Shown piece by piece: positions 61,130 through 64,000 of a stretch of 64,000 bases of DNA. Every line of letters starts with the position of its first letter. Positions within the stretch are counted from its first letter, which is position 1. The notes under the pieces are model-generated. The model did no database searches. It saw only the letters and a program-made list of their open reading frames with translations, and was not told the origin of the DNA. A program made the position numbers and the translations under genes. The stretch is from positions 62,001 through 126,000 of IMG/VR virus record IMGVR_UViG_3300048625_000299; one strand, written 5' to 3'.

Positions 61130-63897
61130 ATGGAAATCATTGGATTTATAGCCTGCGTTGTCATTTTGATATATGTGACATTCGTATGGTTTTTCTGCGC
61201 TCCATTCACGATGGGGAAGTGGAATATGGGCGGCGTTCCTAACACATGGACGGATCGCCTAATGATGTTGGTGTTCCTTGCTGTCATCGCCATGGGGTGG
61301 TATATGGCATTCGCTAACGCTCCGTTCACAATTGTGGTGACAAAGGTATGAGTGATGTTATTGTAGGTAGCACACCAGGCATGCCCACCGAAGCATTGAA
61401 TGAGTTGAAAGATCTAATCGCTCGGCTGAATGAGCAGTTCTATTTCAAGAATGGTGCTACTGCTGCGTACTGGCATTTGGCTATTGCATTGAGCGAACAC
61501 ATCGGAGAGGGACGAGAATGAACTTAGATACGTTACGTGACAATCTGAAGAACACGATTGCTGGCAAGGAAAGATTGTATCAATCCTACTGCAGCGATAA
61601 GGACTATGCTTCAATGGCAGAAGTGTTTGTTATCAATGCCAAGTTGGAGTTCATCCAAATCAACATCGACGAACTCAAGAAGATCTTGGCTGATGTTGAG
61701 CTGTGTATCAACCACGCTGCAGCAAATAGCTGGGCTGGCTGCGTAGACCGCCAAAGTGGCGCATTCGATGAATCTGAAATGCCTGTATGGAGATGACATG
61801 ACGACACAATCTGCATTGGTTCGTAACTTTCTGGTAGTAGAGAGTCGTGCTGAAGAACATGACCATACAATTTCAGCCCTAGGCGATTCGTTCTATGTCT
61901 ATGATGAGAATGGCGCTACTGTATGTGGTACCACCTCGATTGAAGGATTGGCTTGCTACTTCGATGCGCTCGACAACGTAAAGAGGAAATCCAAATGACA
62001 ATCGAATGCTGGGACAACCCACTTTACACAACTGAAGATCGACTTGAGATGGCAAAGGGTAGAATCAAATTCCGTGATGGTGGTGTAAGATTATCACTTC
62101 AAGAATGGAAGATTAAAAATGGCAAGAGTTGAGCATAAAACTACCTATCGCGTAGACATCATTGAGAGTGAGCGTGGTTGGGGCCAAAAGGTTGACGAGA
62201 GTGTATACTTCGATAATGCTGAAGAGGCGATCGAGTATGCAAACGCGTATAACGAAAAGTTTAACCCACCTTTAAAAGCAGGCGAAGGTGTGCCAGATTG
62301 GTACATGGTCGCACGATACGCAGGAGCAGTACGATAATGGAATACAAATGGATTTGCATCATGGCCGCCGTTGTCATGGGATCAGCATCGATCGGACATA
62401 TGTTCGAAGAACGAGCAAGATCAGAATGCCGCATCGAAGCAATTAAAGCCGCTGGTGCTGCCAAACTCAACGTTGATGAAATTGCAAAGGTATGTGACAA
62501 ATGATGCAAGAAAAGATTGAAATTCCTAGAAAAGAATATGACCAGTTGCTGCGCGACGCTCATTTGTTGAACTGCTTGCGCAATGCTGGCGTTGATAATT
62601 GGGATGGCTGGGACTTCGCGATTGAAGAATTCATGTCACAATACGGCGACGAGTAATGTTCTTCGGTGGCCTCAATGGAGACGGGTTCGCTGACGAGTCG
62701 GACTATGACTATGGCAGCTACAGTGAAGGACCACAATACAACCGCACTGGTCCGAGCAAGATAATTCGGTGCCATGGATGTGGTTGCTATGACTTTATGT
62801 GGAAACACACCAAATTCGGTTGGCGTTTGGCATATAGTGGTGGTATACTAGAAGGCAAGATTCACGCATGCCCGTCTGAAGGAGAATGAAAATGGGATTC
62901 GCAAATAGCACTGAGATTACTGTCTATGCAGATGATGCATACCATTACAGCGTCGTCGCAGAAGACATGGGTTGCTGTATTAACTACTACGAGCAAGGCA
63001 AGCCTGCACCATTCACGCATATTACCTTCGGCAATATGAAGGAGATGGAAGCAGTCGCAAAAGCAATGTTGCAAGCTGTCAACACGTACCGCACGATGTT
63101 GAATGGCTGATACTGAACAAACGTGGCGAGGAACGGAGATTGAGCTAGAGTATCTCAAATCCGTTTTCGTTCGCCTACACGAAATCGGCGAGAAGAATTG
63201 GAACGACTCACAACGTCAGCGGGCAAAAGATACTCGCAGGCGTTGTGTTGAGTTGTGTGAGTATCGCTACTACCTATTGAGAAAAAAGACCGATGTTTAG
63301 GACAGTCAAATCATACCTGACGCTCAAGTACGTCAGACATGCATTCAACGATCCGATTGGAGGTTGTGCAGTCAATGTGTACGTCGACTGTTATGGCGAA
63401 CAATGGTTGAAGGATAGTCGCTGGGCATTTTTTAGAGTGAGGACAGGTGGATGAGATCGCATGAATTAGCAAAACTCCTATTGGAGAATCCAGACGTTGA
63501 GCTGGTCCTTCAGGATGACCCTGAAGGTAATGGGTATCGTGCATTGCAAGGAGCAGACTTCGATGTCTTGTGGGATGAGTGTCAAGAGACAGTGCTCAGC
63601 ACAGACTGGTCAGCTGATGATGCTGATATGGACGATGATGAGTGGGAAAAATTGAAAGCTCAACAGTCTGGTAAGATCGCCGTATTGTATCCATAAGGAA
63701 CTGCAATGCCATGGTTCGATAACATGCGCAATGCTGGTGAATATCCTCGTAAAGGGTATGGCTGGCAGAGCGAAGAACAACAACGTGAAGAGATCCAACG
63801 CAAGATCAACAAGGGTTGGGATGAGCCTTGGGTGTTGAAAGAAGCTGCTAAGTTTGGCATCACTCGCCAAGAAGTAGACACGACTCAAGGTTATTGA
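61130..63897 (+). other. run of small hypothetical ORFs (61130 TM, 61518, 62119, 62656 Zn-like, 62886, 63103, 63451, 63706)
   Basis: Coupled co-oriented ORFs. Confidence 0.6.
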
Positions 63898-64000
63898 TAT
63901 GACACCATATGACCGTCTAGTCGCGTTGCAGGATAGGGAGATTGCGGCCGCCCAAGCTGCAGGGGAAGAGTTCTTCCTCGATCTTCCTGATGCATGGTAT

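Noticed and set aside
1-64000. tRNA genes and stop-codon recoding
   Set aside because: No cloverleaf or T-loop in the few intergenic gaps by eye (tRNAscan-SE would confirm); conserved genes are full length in code 11

Overview
64 kb of a large T4-like myophage genome. The T4-like call rests on gp61 primase, RNase H, gp30 DNA ligase, EndoII-like nuclease, PhoH, ThyX, NrdA/B and TAAATA-type late promoters. The host is probably a diderm proteobacterium, inferred from lipoproteins, periplasmic proteins and sigma70 promoters. Layout: 1-24 kb holds replication and nucleotide-metabolism genes with interspersed late-promoter genes; 25-36 kb is a putative counter-defence island (NAD+ salvage NatV/NadV, RlmN/Cfr-like radical SAM, ATP-grasp, macrodomain, NDT, NYN, two RNA ligases, PNK, phosphoesterase, TOPRIM); 36-38.4 kb is a minus-strand late unit (virion protein plus DD-peptidase); 38.5-64 kb holds a membrane/periplasm cluster and many small ORFs. 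Most notable signals: (1) the leaders of both NAD-salvage genes share a two-hairpin architecture, with different stems but an identical G-AUAGA-C loop followed by a hairpin over the SD/AUG, suggesting an RNA regulon I do not recognise; (2) an intergenic 23/28-nt copy of 23S rRNA helix 69-70, antisense in the late mRNA, beside a looped-out SD; (3) a GIY-YIG endonuclease apparently inserted into the ligase 3' end, supplying a replacement C-terminus and leaving the original tail stranded. No tRNA, rRNA gene, CRISPR array, intron or intein was recognised. All calls come from reading motifs by eye; no searches were run.
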